IMG/VR virus record: IMGVR_UViG_3300045988_165521
Length of the DNA: 64,000 nt
DNA from: a virus
Strand: one strand, 5' to 3'
Positions 25,318-33,939 of this stretch are shown in pieces. The notes beneath the pieces were generated by a model. It had not been told where the DNA came from. It searched no databases and was given only the letters and a program-made list of their open reading frames with translations. Within the stretch, counting starts at the first letter, position 1; each line of letters begins with the position of its first letter. The translations under genes were made by a program, and so were the position numbers.

Positions 25318-26704
25318 AAGCGTAATGCGAAGTACTGTTTCTAAGTATGAGCAGGAGCAAAAAGAGAAATTTATTCAGGTAATGTCTGATCCTCGTATGC
25401 GTTATTCGGACGCTTTAAATTTTGTTGAAAACGAGATTAAGCAGTCGAAGCGTATGGGTACATTCAATCATAAGATCTTGTGTTTTATGAATGATGGAGT
25501 TTATCAGCTGAATCGTGCAATCCAGGAAGTTTTTGGAATTGTATCAGCAGCTAAAAACGATAACCCTTCAGGAGGTGATGATACTGTTAATACTATTGAA
25601 GTTATCCTTGCTGATGGACGTCGTGTTAAAGTTCCGTATGGAGATATTGAACTTGCGGATTTAGGAGAAGGAAGTGTTATTTCTATCTCTTATAATGGTA
25701 ATGATCACCATCTCTATATCAAGGGTAAGTGTCAGTTCAGGTTTACTACTCTGATGGACGACATTATCGATCGGACAAAAGAACTTCTTGCAACTGATTC
25801 TATTTATAAGAGTCAGGCATTAGAGATCTCTGATCTCAACAATCCTCTTGTCATGGATCTGTCAAATATTGACCGTGAAATGATGGTTCTTTCTGAAGAT
25901 ACAGCTCTCGGATTACGTCCTCTTAAATCTCGTATCAAGTATCCTGAGAAGTGTACTGAACGAGGAATTCCTCTGAAGTATGGTGCACTGTTTGAAGGTC
26001 CTTATGGAACTGGCAAAACTCTGCTTGCTTTTAAGCTTATTCAGGAAGCTATTCAGAATAATTGGGTAAGTGTATATCTGAAAGATCCTACATTACTTGC
26101 TGAGACTATTCGTCTTTGTAAAGTAATCGACGGAACTGGGCATGGAGTTGTTATCTTTGTTGAGGATATCGATCAGGTAACTCGTGGTAAACGAGATGCT
26201 GCTATGCAGGATATTCTTAATACTCTTGATGGTGGTGATACTAAGGGTATGAATGTAATTACTCTGTTTACTACTAATCATCTTGAGCTTATTGAGCCGA
26301 CTTTTCTGCGTGGTAAGCGTATTGGCAAAGTTATCTCTTTAGGTGCTTTAGATGAAGCTACTGCTAAAGAGTTCATTGAGCGTTCTTTTGTAGGAGATTA
26401 TACTCTTCAGGGAGATTTCTCTGCAGTATGTAAGCAGATCCGAGATTCGAACATTGCTCCTGCATTCATGGCTGAGATTGTAGAATCTGTAAAGAGTGAT
26501 ATGATCTTTATGGATGATACTAAGGTTGTATTACCTCAGTATATTAAAGTAGCAGTTGAATCTTATCTGCGTCAAGTAGGTCTTGCTCAGAAGAAAGATA
26601 TGACTGAAACTCCTGAAGTTAAATTTGCTGAATCAATTCGCGAAATTACTGGTATTGATCGCGTTGAGAAGAAAGTAGATGAACTTATTGAAATGCAAGA
26701 CTAA
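25295..26704 (+). CDS. AAA+ ATPase
   Basis: Walker A is GPYGTGKT and Walker B is VVIFVEDID. Codon usage is GC-richer. Confidence 0.85.
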   Translation: MGNPVGVKSVMRSTVSKYEQEQKEKFIQVMSDPRMRYSDALNFVENEIKQSKRMGTFNHKILCFMNDGVYQLNRAIQEVFGIVSAAKNDNPSGGDDTVNTIEVILADGRRVKVPYGDIELADLGEGSVISISYNGNDHHLYIKGKCQFRFTTLMDDIIDRTKELLATDSIYKSQALEISDLNNPLVMDLSNIDREMMVLSEDTALGLRPLKSRIKYPEKCTERGIPLKYGALFEGPYGTGKTLLAFKLIQEAIQNNWVSVYLKDPTLLAETIRLCKVIDGTGHGVVIFVEDIDQVTRGKRDAAMQDILNTLDGGDTKGMNVITLFTTNHLELIEPTFLRGKRIGKVISLGALDEATAKEFIERSFVGDYTLQGDFSAVCKQIRDSNIAPAFMAEIVESVKSDMIFMDDTKVVLPQYIKVAVESYLRQVGLAQKKDMTETPEVKFAESIREITGIDRVEKKVDELIEMQD

Positions 26705-26711
26705 GTGCTAT

Positions 26712-26729
26712 GGAGAGCATATGCTCTCC
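26712..26729 (+). terminator. perfect palindromic hairpin, terminator-like
   Basis: GGAGAGCATATGCTCTCC lies directly after the AAA+ gene. There is no strong T-run. Confidence 0.45.
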
Positions 26730-26825
26730 TATGACACCTTTATTCTACCTTCACGTGGTGGTGTTGTAAGTAGATAGATATCGAAACCAAAGAATAAATA
26801 AAATGTAAATTATTTTAAAACAACT

Positions 26826-27404
26826 ATGATAGTACAGTATTTTGACGTAATTCACTGTAAAACTCAGGAACAGGTAACGGCAGTAATTAACAAACTTCAT
26901 TCTGAACAAGGACTTACTTGGATGCACGATGATGAAAATCCTCTTATCGAAAACCCTGCAGATTTTGAAATAGAACAGAAGTTCTTTAAAAATATTAATG
27001 AAGAAGAAAAGGAGGAGTTTTATATTGTAACAGTGAAATTTCCTGAATTAGATAAGTGTATTGTTCACATATCTCGAAAGGAACATAATACAAAAACAAT
27101 GCGAGCTGCTCTTGCAGAAACTGATGAAGAAGAAAGTTCTGCAGAAACTGTTTTCTATGAAGCTGAAGAATTTCTTGGGAGTTTTATAGGAAGCGATCTC
27201 TTTGGAGTATTTTCTATAGACTACGAAGTCTATGATACTGAAGATAATCATATCTGTAGTATTAAGAACAAAAAGGAACTTTCTGAAATTTATAACAAAG
27301 CTATAGAAGAAGGAACTACATTTGTTGTCTACGTGGGTAGTGAAAAAGTAGAAATCAATTCTGAGCATAATATTGATTATTATGATGAAAAAATTGCATT
27401 CTAA
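26826..27404 (+). CDS. hypothetical acidic protein (192 aa)
   Basis: ORF-track ORF. Confidence 0.6.
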   Translation: MIVQYFDVIHCKTQEQVTAVINKLHSEQGLTWMHDDENPLIENPADFEIEQKFFKNINEEEKEEFYIVTVKFPELDKCIVHISRKEHNTKTMRAALAETDEEESSAETVFYEAEEFLGSFIGSDLFGVFSIDYEVYDTEDNHICSIKNKKELSEIYNKAIEEGTTFVVYVGSEKVEINSEHNIDYYDEKIAF

Positions 27405-27678
27405 TCGAGAATTCTGAGATCAATTAAAGGAAAATGATAAAGTATTAGTAAAATCTAAAGACTGGTATGATAAAAACGCTGTTGAGGAAAATGTTCCTAT
27501 AGGTCCTAAATTTGTTTCAGCAATGACTGAAGACTGTAATAAATTCTTAACAGTTTCTGGTGTTATAGGTTGGTATGGCAGAGAAGACTTGCACTTTGAA
27601 ATTAAACATAACTGGTATAGATACTCAAGTCTTTTTGTTCATAAGCTAATTATTCGTAACTATAGAATTTTATTGTAA
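27382..27678 (+). CDS. YRI-tail family member (98 aa), needs TGA=Trp at 27415-27417
   Basis: Translation runs MMKKLHSNREF[W]DQLKENDKVLVKSKDWYDK...HKLIIRNYRILL. No ATG is available downstream of the TGA. It is a paralog of 28311..28578. Confidence 0.45.
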
Positions 27679-27766
27679 TAATTTTTTAAAAATAAGTGTA
27701 TAAATATTTGGATATATTAACTTTTGTCCTTATATTTGTACACTTTTCTGATGAAATCAGACTGAT

Positions 27767-27839
27767 TGCCCTGTCGTTTAATAGGCTAAGACGTTGCCCT
27801 TTGGAGGCAAAGTTCCAGGATCGTACCCTGGTGGGGCAA
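27767..27839 (+). tRNA. tRNA-Gln(TTG)
   Basis: Acceptor TGCCCTG/TGGGGCA with U1-A72. Anticodon arm is TTGCC-CTTTGGA-GGCAA, T arm is CCAGG-ATCGTAC-CCTGG. Confidence 0.85.
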
Positions 27840-27854
27840 CTAAATTTTAAATAT

Positions 27855-28298
27855 ATGAAAGAGTGGTGGTATAAAATTAGGAACTTCTTTAGAAATCTCT
27901 ATATTTATAGAAAAATATTATCAGCAGATTATCAATTTGATTATGGGTATCTTCTTGATTTAGAAAAGTTTAAGTTACAGTTAATGCTTAAATCTTTTAA
28001 AGATGAATCTCATACAGATCACACTAACGATATTCGTTGGATATCTATATGTATTAAACTTATTGATATTATTCAAGAAGAAGATTCTGCTTTAGAAGTT
28101 GTTGAAATGGAAATGAGTAAACCTCAATTCAAACTTGTTAAATATGTAAATATTAATAATGCATTTCGGTTCGGAATTGAATATCTTGATCGATATGATG
28201 GACTTCAAGTATATCGAAGAGAATTATTAAGGCAACAAAAGGCTCTTTACTTATATAATAAAATTAGATATAACTATATGTTAGAATGGTGGGATTAA
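27855..28298 (+). CDS. hypothetical protein (147 aa)
   Basis: Track ORF 27696..28298 starts at a GTG upstream of tRNA-Gln and runs through it. The first ATG after the tRNA is at 27855 (MKEWWYKIRNFF...). Confidence 0.6.
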   Translation: MKEWWYKIRNFFRNLYIYRKILSADYQFDYGYLLDLEKFKLQLMLKSFKDESHTDHTNDIRWISICIKLIDIIQEEDSALEVVEMEMSKPQFKLVKYVNINNAFRFGIEYLDRYDGLQVYRRELLRQQKALYLYNKIRYNYMLEWWD

Positions 28299-28310
28299 TA
28301 AATAAGATAT

Positions 28311-28578
28311 ATGATAATACGCTCAGAATATTTTCATAAACATGGACTAAAAATTAGAGATAAAATAGTAATTGCAAGTAAGGAGGTCTTAAAAGATAAT
28401 AAAACTGTACACCCCCTTTGTAGTTAACGAAATGCTAAAATATGCGGATCAAATTCATACTTTAAAGTATGAACCCAAGGATGTAGTTTATCTTGCAAAT
28501 ACTCAAAACTGGGTATGGGGTCCAACCTTTTTCAGAAATTTAATTATTCGCAATTATAGACTTCTATTAGAAAATTAA
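28311..28578 (+). pseudogene. YRI-tail family paralog disrupted by a frameshift at a C5 run
   Basis: The frame from ATG 28311 (MIIRSEYFHKHGLKIRDKIVIASKEVLKDNKTVH) stops soon after C5 (28412-28416). The +1 frame continues PFVVNEMLKYADQ...FRNLIIRNYRLLLEN and aligns to 27382..27678. Confidence 0.45.
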
Positions 28579-28599
28579 TTATTCAAGATTTTTTAATGT

Positions 28600-28776
28600 T
28601 TGATTAAAAAGATTTATTTTCTTAGTGAGAAGAAATATATACAAATATGTAAGGAAGGGAATAGTTGTTTCTCTGAGAAGCAATTGCCTTGTTGTTTTCA
28701 ATATAGTTCAGATTGTTCTTTTTATCCTTGTCCAAGTAGAGTATATATACGTATTAAATATAGAATAACTTTATAA
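28600..28776 (+). CDS. Cys-rich YRI-tail family member without an ATG start (possible TTG start)
   Basis: Open frame ...KKYIQICKEGNSCFSEKQLPCCFQYSSDCSFYPCPSRVYIRIKYRITL ends 5 nt before tRNA-Asp. Confidence 0.3.
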   Translation: MIKKIYFLSEKKYIQICKEGNSCFSEKQLPCCFQYSSDCSFYPCPSRVYIRIKYRITL

Positions 28777-28781
28777 ATAAT

Positions 28782-28853
28782 GGTCTTATAGGGTAGTGGT
28801 TATCCTTCCAGCTTGTCACGCTGGAGACACGAGTTCGATTCTCGTTAAGACCG
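28782..28853 (+). tRNA. tRNA-Asp(GTC)
   Basis: Acceptor GGTCTTA/TAAGACC. Anticodon arm is CCAGC-TTGTCAC-GCTGG, T arm is ACGAG-TTCGATT-CTCGT. Confidence 0.9.
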
Positions 28854-28956
28854 CGAAGTTCTTAATTATTAGCTGCAAATATACCCTATTTGGGAGAGCT
28901 TGTTATTCGTGTGTAAAGACGTTTGCTGTAAGCACGATTAAGAACTTTATTTTAAT

Positions 28957-29028
28957 GGCCCCTTAGTTTATTTGGAAAAATGTCAGTTTTGTAACCTGAG
29001 GAGAACGGATCGTAACCGTTAGGGGCCT
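28957..29028 (+). tRNA. tRNA-Thr(TGT)
   Basis: Acceptor GGCCCCT/AGGGGCC. The anticodon loop is TTTGTAA, T arm is AACGG-ATCGTAA-CCGTT. Confidence 0.85.
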
Positions 29029-29036
29029 CTATTATT

Positions 29037-29045
29037 GGGGGGGGG
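29037..29045. repeat. G9 homopolymer tract
   Basis: Nine consecutive G lie 9 nt after tRNA-Thr. Confidence 0.9.
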
Positions 29046-29090
29046 TATGTAAATACTCTCTCACAATATTAACTTTTAAAATTATTAAAC

Positions 29091-29324
29091 ATGTTTAATT
29101 CAAAAGGTACAACATCTACAGATCTGTCGAAGAAAGTAGACAATGTTTTAAATGCTTTTAAAACAGCAATTGATGGACTTAATGCAGTTAATACTCAGGC
29201 AAAAGAAGGTATTGCTGCTAAAGAAGAGGAAATTAAAGCTGCTCAAACTGAGAAAGAAGCACTTGAGACAATCTGCAAAAAGAACGAAAGTGTTCTTGCA
29301 AAATTAACTGCTATCCTTGAATAA
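29091..29324 (+). CDS. hypothetical coiled-coil protein (77 aa)
   Basis: ORF-track ORF. Confidence 0.5.
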   Translation: MFNSKGTTSTDLSKKVDNVLNAFKTAIDGLNAVNTQAKEGIAAKEEEIKAAQTEKEALETICKKNESVLAKLTAILE

Positions 29325-29426
29325 AGGATAGTTTTCGAGTATGGGGTGTGGAAGTAGCACGAGAAATTTGGGATTTCTAGGGGATTGAGCGTTACAATCA
29401 TACTCGACTAATAATTAATTATATTT

Positions 29427-29687
29427 ATGGAATCTTTTATTGATAACCCTAATCTATTCTGTATTCAATTTATTGATGGTTATATAATTCAAACAACTCC
29501 TGCAGATAGTAAGTCTTGTGCAGATCCTGATCAATTTGGTAATTATTGCATATGTCGATCTCGAGGAGATAACTCAGCAAAAATAGGGTGTTGTTTTACT
29601 TGTGAGAATCATTCAGAGTATAGTGATTATACAATACAAGCTCAAGTTAAATACAGAATCTATGTAAATAGTAAAATGGAGAGTTAG
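29427..29687 (+). CDS. Cys-rich YRI-tail family protein
   Basis: Contains ...CADPDQFGNYCICRSRGDNSAKIGCCFTCENH...QVKYRIYVNSKMES. Its 3' end overlaps tRNA-Val by 10 nt. Confidence 0.6.
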   Translation: MESFIDNPNLFCIQFIDGYIIQTTPADSKSCADPDQFGNYCICRSRGDNSAKIGCCFTCENHSEYSDYTIQAQVKYRIYVNSKMES

Positions 29688-29751
29688 CCAAGTGGTTCAC
29701 GGCACCTGACTTACATTCAGGAGATCGGGAGTTCGACTCTCTCACTCTCTA
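29678..29751 (+). tRNA. tRNA-Val(TAC)
   Basis: Acceptor GGAGAGT/ACTCTCT (G1-U72). Anticodon arm is CCTGA-CTTACAT-TCAGG, T arm is GGGAG-TTCGACT-CTCTC. Confidence 0.85.
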
Positions 29752-29772
29752 CTAATAATTAATGTATATAAG

Positions 29773-30867
29773 ATGATAACATTAGATCATGTAAATAAAA
29801 ATTCTGGAAACTTTCTTCCAACACTTTGGTTAGTAGATAAATATAAACAATATCCAAATTGTGTATCAGTAATCTGTAACCTTGAACAAAAGAAGTTAAA
29901 TGAAAATAAGTTCTTAAAGAAGTTTAAAGAAAAGTTTACTAACTTTTGTATATGGGAAGATAATGTAATTGGAGTCAAACCTGAAGTTTCTGAAGAGGTA
30001 CTTGAAGAATTGGATCGTCCATTTTATGTAAGTCAACCTACTGCCTTACAATTTAGTGGAATTTGTGAAGAGTATAGATGCGCTTTGAATTATTATTCTT
30101 CTAGAATGTTAATTTATTTTTGTGATAAAGCTCTTATAGGTAACTTTATAGAGGATATTAAATCTTTATTTGAAGAATGTTCAGAAAAAGTAGTTTCTAC
30201 AACAAAAGTTAACTTAATTACTTTTGATGGTCAGGATTATGGTTTAACTGAATGTAAGATTAGAGATGTTAATGTTGACCTTGATAAACACTATAATGAT
30301 GATTTCAAACCTGTTTATAAAGATATTTCTGACTTCTTAAATAGTCCAAAATCTGGTTTAGTTATTCTTCATGGAACTCAAGGTACTGGTAAAACCTATA
30401 TGATTCGTCACTTAGTTAATAATTTTGATAAGCAATTTATTATTATTAATAACTCTATGATGAATAGCTTATCTGATCCTGTATTCTTAAACTTTATTCT
30501 TGATCATAAGAATTCAGTAATTATTCTTGAGGATTGTGAACAGCTTCTTAAAGATCGTTCTGAAAATGTATTTACAAATGGTATTAGTAATATTCTTAAT
30601 ATGACTGATGGTATTTATTCAGATATTTTAAATATTAAGTTTATTGCTACATTTAATAGTCCTGATACAAGTATTGATAAAGCATTGATGCGAAAGGGTC
30701 GACTTGCTGCAAAATACAAGTTTGATGAACTCTCTTTAGAGAAGACTAATAGAATACTTAAGGAATTAGGTAAACCTGAGGCAAGTAAAGGTATGACTCT
30801 TGCAGATATCTATAATCTTGATGTTCAGTCTTATGAACATAAGACTAGACGTAAAATTGGATTCTAA
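29773..30867 (+). CDS. AAA+ ATPase
   Basis: Walker A is HGTQGTGKT and Walker B is VIILEDCEQ. Confidence 0.85.
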   Translation: MITLDHVNKNSGNFLPTLWLVDKYKQYPNCVSVICNLEQKKLNENKFLKKFKEKFTNFCIWEDNVIGVKPEVSEEVLEELDRPFYVSQPTALQFSGICEEYRCALNYYSSRMLIYFCDKALIGNFIEDIKSLFEECSEKVVSTTKVNLITFDGQDYGLTECKIRDVNVDLDKHYNDDFKPVYKDISDFLNSPKSGLVILHGTQGTGKTYMIRHLVNNFDKQFIIINNSMMNSLSDPVFLNFILDHKNSVIILEDCEQLLKDRSENVFTNGISNILNMTDGIYSDILNIKFIATFNSPDTSIDKALMRKGRLAAKYKFDELSLEKTNRILKELGKPEASKGMTLADIYNLDVQSYEHKTRRKIGF

Positions 30868-31067
30868 TGATGTTTTGGATATTTATTTATTGGTTACTTT
30901 GTGCGTTTATTGTTATTGGAACAGATGATGGAGAACCATGGACTGTTGGAGATAAATGGTACATAGTATTTGCAGGATTTTATGTTCCTATAATAATTGG
31001 CCTATTTATAGGTAGTTACATTAAAGAAACTGGATTTTTTGATAAAAAACATCCATGGGAACATTAA
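30867..31067 (+). CDS. small membrane protein (66 aa)
   Basis: ORF-track ORF with a TAATG overlap with the upstream gene. Confidence 0.55.
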   Translation: MMFWIFIYWLLCAFIVIGTDDGEPWTVGDKWYIVFAGFYVPIIIGLFIGSYIKETGFFDKKHPWEH

Positions 31068-31074
31068 TCTATAT

Positions 31075-31149
31075 GTTGTCCGTAGCTTAGTTGATTAAAG
31101 CGCAAGTTTGTGGCACTTGAGATCGGGAGTTTGAATCTCCTCGGACACC
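31075..31149 (+). tRNA. tRNA-His(GTG) with encoded G-1
   Basis: G-1 (31075) lies opposite C73. Anticodon arm is CAAGT-TTGTGGC-ACTTG, T arm is GGGAG-TTTGAAT-CTCCT. Confidence 0.85.
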
Positions 31150-31328
31150 TAAAAGTATTCTTTAAACATACGAATCTGGACAAATGGTTAGACCTTATCT
31201 TATAAACCCCAAACTATAAGAATTAAGAAGTATTTCTCTCGAAATTAGGTAGATCCAGCTTCCTAGAGAGATAGAAGAATACTTACGATATAGTAGATTA
31301 GTTAAAATAATAATAACTTCTACTAAAT

Positions 31329-31402
31329 ACCTACATGGCGCAATTGGTTAGCGTACTTCTCTGATAAGGAAGCGGTTGAAGGTTCAAGTCCTTCTGTAGG
31401 TA
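31329..31402 (+). tRNA. tRNA-Ile(GAT), second copy
   Basis: Acceptor ACCTACA/TGTAGGT. Anticodon arm is CTTCT-CTGATAA-GGAAG, T arm is GAAGG-TTCAAGT-CCTTC. Confidence 0.9.
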
Positions 31403-31417
31403 CTAAAAGAGAAAATT

Positions 31418-31678
31418 ATGAAAGAATATAAGATTTGGAAATTTATACCAGGAAAATATTTACAAACAGTAACTGTTAGTCTTGAAGAGGAATATCCTTG
31501 TAAACAAAAAAGATGTGGATATTCTTGTTTAGGAGATAAAACAGAACATGTATGTTTTGTTAAAGCAAATCTCTCTTTTGAAGAACGTGAAAATTTAAAA
31601 TGTACAGCTTCAGGGAACAAAGAACATAAAAACTTTATACATATTAGACTTTTACATAGAATTTTTATAGATGAATAA
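31418..31678 (+). CDS. Cys-rich YRI-tail family protein (variant tail HRIFIDE)
   Basis: ORF-track ORF lying between tRNA-Ile and tRNA-Lys. Confidence 0.55.
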   Translation: MKEYKIWKFIPGKYLQTVTVSLEEEYPCKQKRCGYSCLGDKTEHVCFVKANLSFEERENLKCTASGNKEHKNFIHIRLLHRIFIDE

Positions 31679-31706
31679 TTATAAAGAGGAGTGTAATCCT
31701 TAGGCA

Positions 31707-31779
31707 GAGCTTATAATATAATCGGTTAGTATCCTACACTTTTAATGTAGTTGTCAGGGTTCGAGTCCCTGTAGGCTCA
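31707..31779 (+). tRNA. tRNA-Lys(TTT)
   Basis: Acceptor GAGCTTA/TAGGCTC. Anticodon arm is CTACA-CTTTTAA-TGTAG, T arm is CAGGG-TTCGAGT-CCCTG. Confidence 0.85.
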
Positions 31780-31804
31780 CACAATTTTTAAGTCAGAATT
31801 ACAA

Positions 31805-31999
31805 ATGATAAAACGTTTTGAAAATAAGTATATACAATCTATAAGAAGAGGTTATTTATGTCATATTACCCCTAATAAAAAATGTTATGGATTTGAATAT
31901 CATCATAATTCAAATGGATGTGAGATTTTTAATGAGAAATTTGGAGGATGTAGTAACAGACGTTATAATATGATTAAATATAGGATCTATGCAGATTAA
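31805..31999 (+). CDS. Cys-rich YRI-tail family protein
   Basis: Ends ...MIKYRIYAD. The ATG of the next member is embedded in its tail codons. Confidence 0.55.
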   Translation: MIKRFENKYIQSIRRGYLCHITPNKKCYGFEYHHNSNGCEIFNEKFGGCSNRRYNMIKYRIYAD

Positions 32000-32195
32000 A
32001 TATTTTCCTGAAATAAAGTGTTGTATACAAGCAGTTAGATCTCTAAAACAAAACCATTGTAGTAATAATCAATGCTATAAGTCAACCAATTATTGTATTT
32101 TGTTTTTACCTGCTTTCAATAAAAGTTGTCTTAAATATTATTTTTGGAGAGTTTCTTATCGTGTATTCTTAGAAGCTTCTTATGATAGAATATAA
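31989..32195 (+). CDS. YRI-tail family protein (tail SYRVFLE)
   Basis: ORF-track ORF that ends 8 nt before tRNA-Asn. Confidence 0.45.
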   Translation: MQIKYFPEIKCCIQAVRSLKQNHCSNNQCYKSTNYCILFLPAFNKSCLKYYFWRVSYRVFLEASYDRI

Positions 32196-32203
32196 AATAT
32201 AAT

Positions 32204-32276
32204 TGGAATGTGGCTGAGTGGTTGAAGCACCAAACTGTTAATTTGGGTTACGTGGGTTCGAGCCCCACCGTTCCAG
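32204..32276 (+). tRNA. tRNA-Asn(GTT)
   Basis: Acceptor TGGAATG/CGTTCCA. Anticodon arm is CCAAA-CTGTTAA-TTTGG, T arm is GTGGG-TTCGAGC-CCCAC. Confidence 0.9.
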
Positions 32277-32290
32277 CTAATATTAAACTT

Positions 32291-32551
32291 ATGCAACAGA
32301 TAAATACTTATGCAGAACTTAGAAAACTTAAACTAAATAAGTTATTCAAACATCCAACTTATAATATATATCAAGTTATTAAAAATAGAAATGCAGGATT
32401 TTGTCAGGGTGGATCTAGTAATATTAACCAGTGTGGTTTTATGTATCGTACTAGTTTTAATAAGCCATTTTGTTATAGAGCATGTGTACAAGGAAAACAA
32501 TATTTCTGGTATATAAAAATCAAATATAGAATTATACTAGATGATAAATAA
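32291..32551 (+). CDS. Cys-rich YRI-tail family protein
   Basis: Track ORF 32210 starts at a GTG inside tRNA-Asn; the ATG is at 32291. It ends ...WYIKIKYRIILDDK. Confidence 0.6.
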   Translation: MQQINTYAELRKLKLNKLFKHPTYNIYQVIKNRNAGFCQGGSSNINQCGFMYRTSFNKPFCYRACVQGKQYFWYIKIKYRIILDDK

Positions 32552-32588
32552 TTTGCTACAAATTTATTAACTTTTTGTGTTAAAATAC

Positions 32589-32679
32589 GGAGGATTGAGC
32601 CAAGTTGGACTAATGGCAGCACTCTTGAAAAGTGTAGGTCGCTTAAAACGGCGTGGGGGTTCGAGTCCCTCATCCTCCG
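32589..32679 (+). tRNA. tRNA-Ser(TGA), class II
   Basis: Acceptor GGAGGAT/ATCCTCC. Anticodon arm is GCACT-CTTGAAA-AGTGT, with a long variable arm. Confidence 0.9.
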
Positions 32680-32689
32680 CAATAAATAT

Positions 32690-32935
32690 ATGAAAACAGT
32701 AGAAGATCTTACAGAACTTAACAAAATCAAGTTAAATCAACTATTTAAATATATAAATAACTATATATTCCAGGCTATTCGAAGTAAAAAACATTTCTAT
32801 TGTTTTGATAATAAGAAGAATATTGGATGTAATTTATATAAGATTGGTCGTAGATGTAGCTTAGTTTGTATAAAATCTAAAGAAGAAAATTTCTGGTATA
32901 TAAGAATCATATATAGAATTAGACTAGATGAGTAG
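32690..32935 (+). CDS. Cys-rich YRI-tail family protein
   Basis: Ends ...WYIRIIYRIRLDE and shares KLNQLFK with 32291..32551. Confidence 0.6.
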   Translation: MKTVEDLTELNKIKLNQLFKYINNYIFQAIRSKKHFYCFDNKKNIGCNLYKIGRRCSLVCIKSKEENFWYIRIIYRIRLDE

Positions 32936-33161
32936 AGATATTGTATTAAAATATTGGAAAATAATTAGATATAAAACTTTAATTATTCAATGTGTACCTG
33001 AAGGAACACCTATAAAAAGATTTTGTTATGAATCTTCTGTTGGAAAGCCATGTGCTTTTACAGGAAAGGCTTGTAGTGATTTTAAATGTATAGATAGAGT
33101 AGATGGTCTTCGAGTTAGGTATATTAAAATAGATCATAGAGTTTATGTCAGCAAAACATAG
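32928..33161 (+). CDS. Cys-rich YRI-tail family protein (tail DHRVYV)
   Basis: Its start is embedded in the tail codons of the previous member. It shares RVRYIKID with the next member. Confidence 0.55.
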   Translation: MSRDIVLKYWKIIRYKTLIIQCVPEGTPIKRFCYESSVGKPCAFTGKACSDFKCIDRVDGLRVRYIKIDHRVYVSKT

Positions 33162-33405
33162 AGTTTCTCAAATAATTCTATTATTTGGTTATAGATATCG
33201 ATTACATCAGGTTATTCTAGGTATACAAGGAGAATCATCGTGTTATATGAGTGTTATTAAAGGTAAATCTTGTATATTTCGTGAGTATAATAGAATAAAT
33301 GGTAAGACATGTTGTGTCGATATTGCATGTACTCCTTTAGAACGAAAAGATGATATTAGAGTACGTTATATTAAATTAGACTATCGAATTTATTTGTTTA
33401 AATAA
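33145..33405 (+). CDS. Cys-rich YRI-tail family protein
   Basis: Ends ...RVRYIKLDYRIYLFK. Its stop is immediately followed by tRNA-Trp. Confidence 0.55.
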   Translation: MSAKHRVSQIILLFGYRYRLHQVILGIQGESSCYMSVIKGKSCIFREYNRINGKTCCVDIACTPLERKDDIRVRYIKLDYRIYLFK

Positions 33406-33477
33406 GCACTCTTGATGTAACTGGTAACATGACAGTCTCCAAAACTGTTCTTTGGGGTTCGAATCCTTAAGAGTGTG
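33406..33477 (+). tRNA. tRNA-Trp(CCA)
   Basis: Acceptor GCACTCT/AGAGTGC. Anticodon arm is ACAGT-CTCCAAA-ACTGT, T arm is TGGGG-TTCGAAT-CCTTA. Confidence 0.85.
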
Positions 33478-33491
33478 CTTATATATAATTA

Positions 33492-33563
33492 GGGCTGTTA
33501 GTATAGTGGCTATTACATCTGGTTTGCAACCAGAAAACAGGGTTTCGATTACCCTACGGTCCA
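33492..33563 (+). tRNA. tRNA-Ala(TGC)
   Basis: Acceptor GGGCTGT/ACGGTCC with the G3-U70 identity pair. Anticodon arm is TCTGG-TTTGCAA-CCAGA. Confidence 0.9.
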
Positions 33564-33705
33564 CAATCTTCTGTAGATTAGGATTCTATACAGAAAGAGT
33601 ACTGTAATCTGTTAAGAGCTTATAAATCAGACGTTAAAGAAAAAAGTTTTCGGGGCTGAAGAGCCCTGCTATGAATCTAATCCTAGTAGAAATACTAGGA
33701 TTTTT

Positions 33706-33778
33706 GGAACTGCGGTGTGCTAGGTGCGCTCGCTGGACTGAAAATCCAGAGGTAAATGTTCGACTCATTTCAGTTCCG
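33706..33778 (+). tRNA. tRNA-Phe(GAA)
   Basis: Acceptor GGAACTG/CAGTTCC. Anticodon arm is CTGGA-CTGAAAA-TCCAG, T arm is AAATG-TTCGACT-CATTT. D-stem pairing is imperfect. Confidence 0.8.
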
Positions 33779-33867
33779 CACTATCGTCTTCCTTATTAAG
33801 TTTGGTAACACGTGCACTGCCTGTAAATCTTAATAATAGATATGCTTAGTACTTGTTTTTATTAATG

Positions 33868-33939
33868 GATGTATTAGCTCAGTGGTAGAGCTCTGGCAAG
33901 GAGTGCCAGAAGTCATAGGTTCGAATCCTATATGCATCC
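33868..33939 (+). tRNA. tRNA-like gene with non-canonical anticodon loop AAGGAGT (no U33)
   Basis: The acceptor (GATGTAT/ATGCATC), D arm (GCTC-AGTGGTA-GAGC) and T arm (ATAGG-TTCGAAT-CCTAT) are regular. Anticodon stem CTGGC/GCCAG encloses AAGGAGT, which can also fold as a 7-bp stem with loop AGGAG. Confidence 0.5.
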
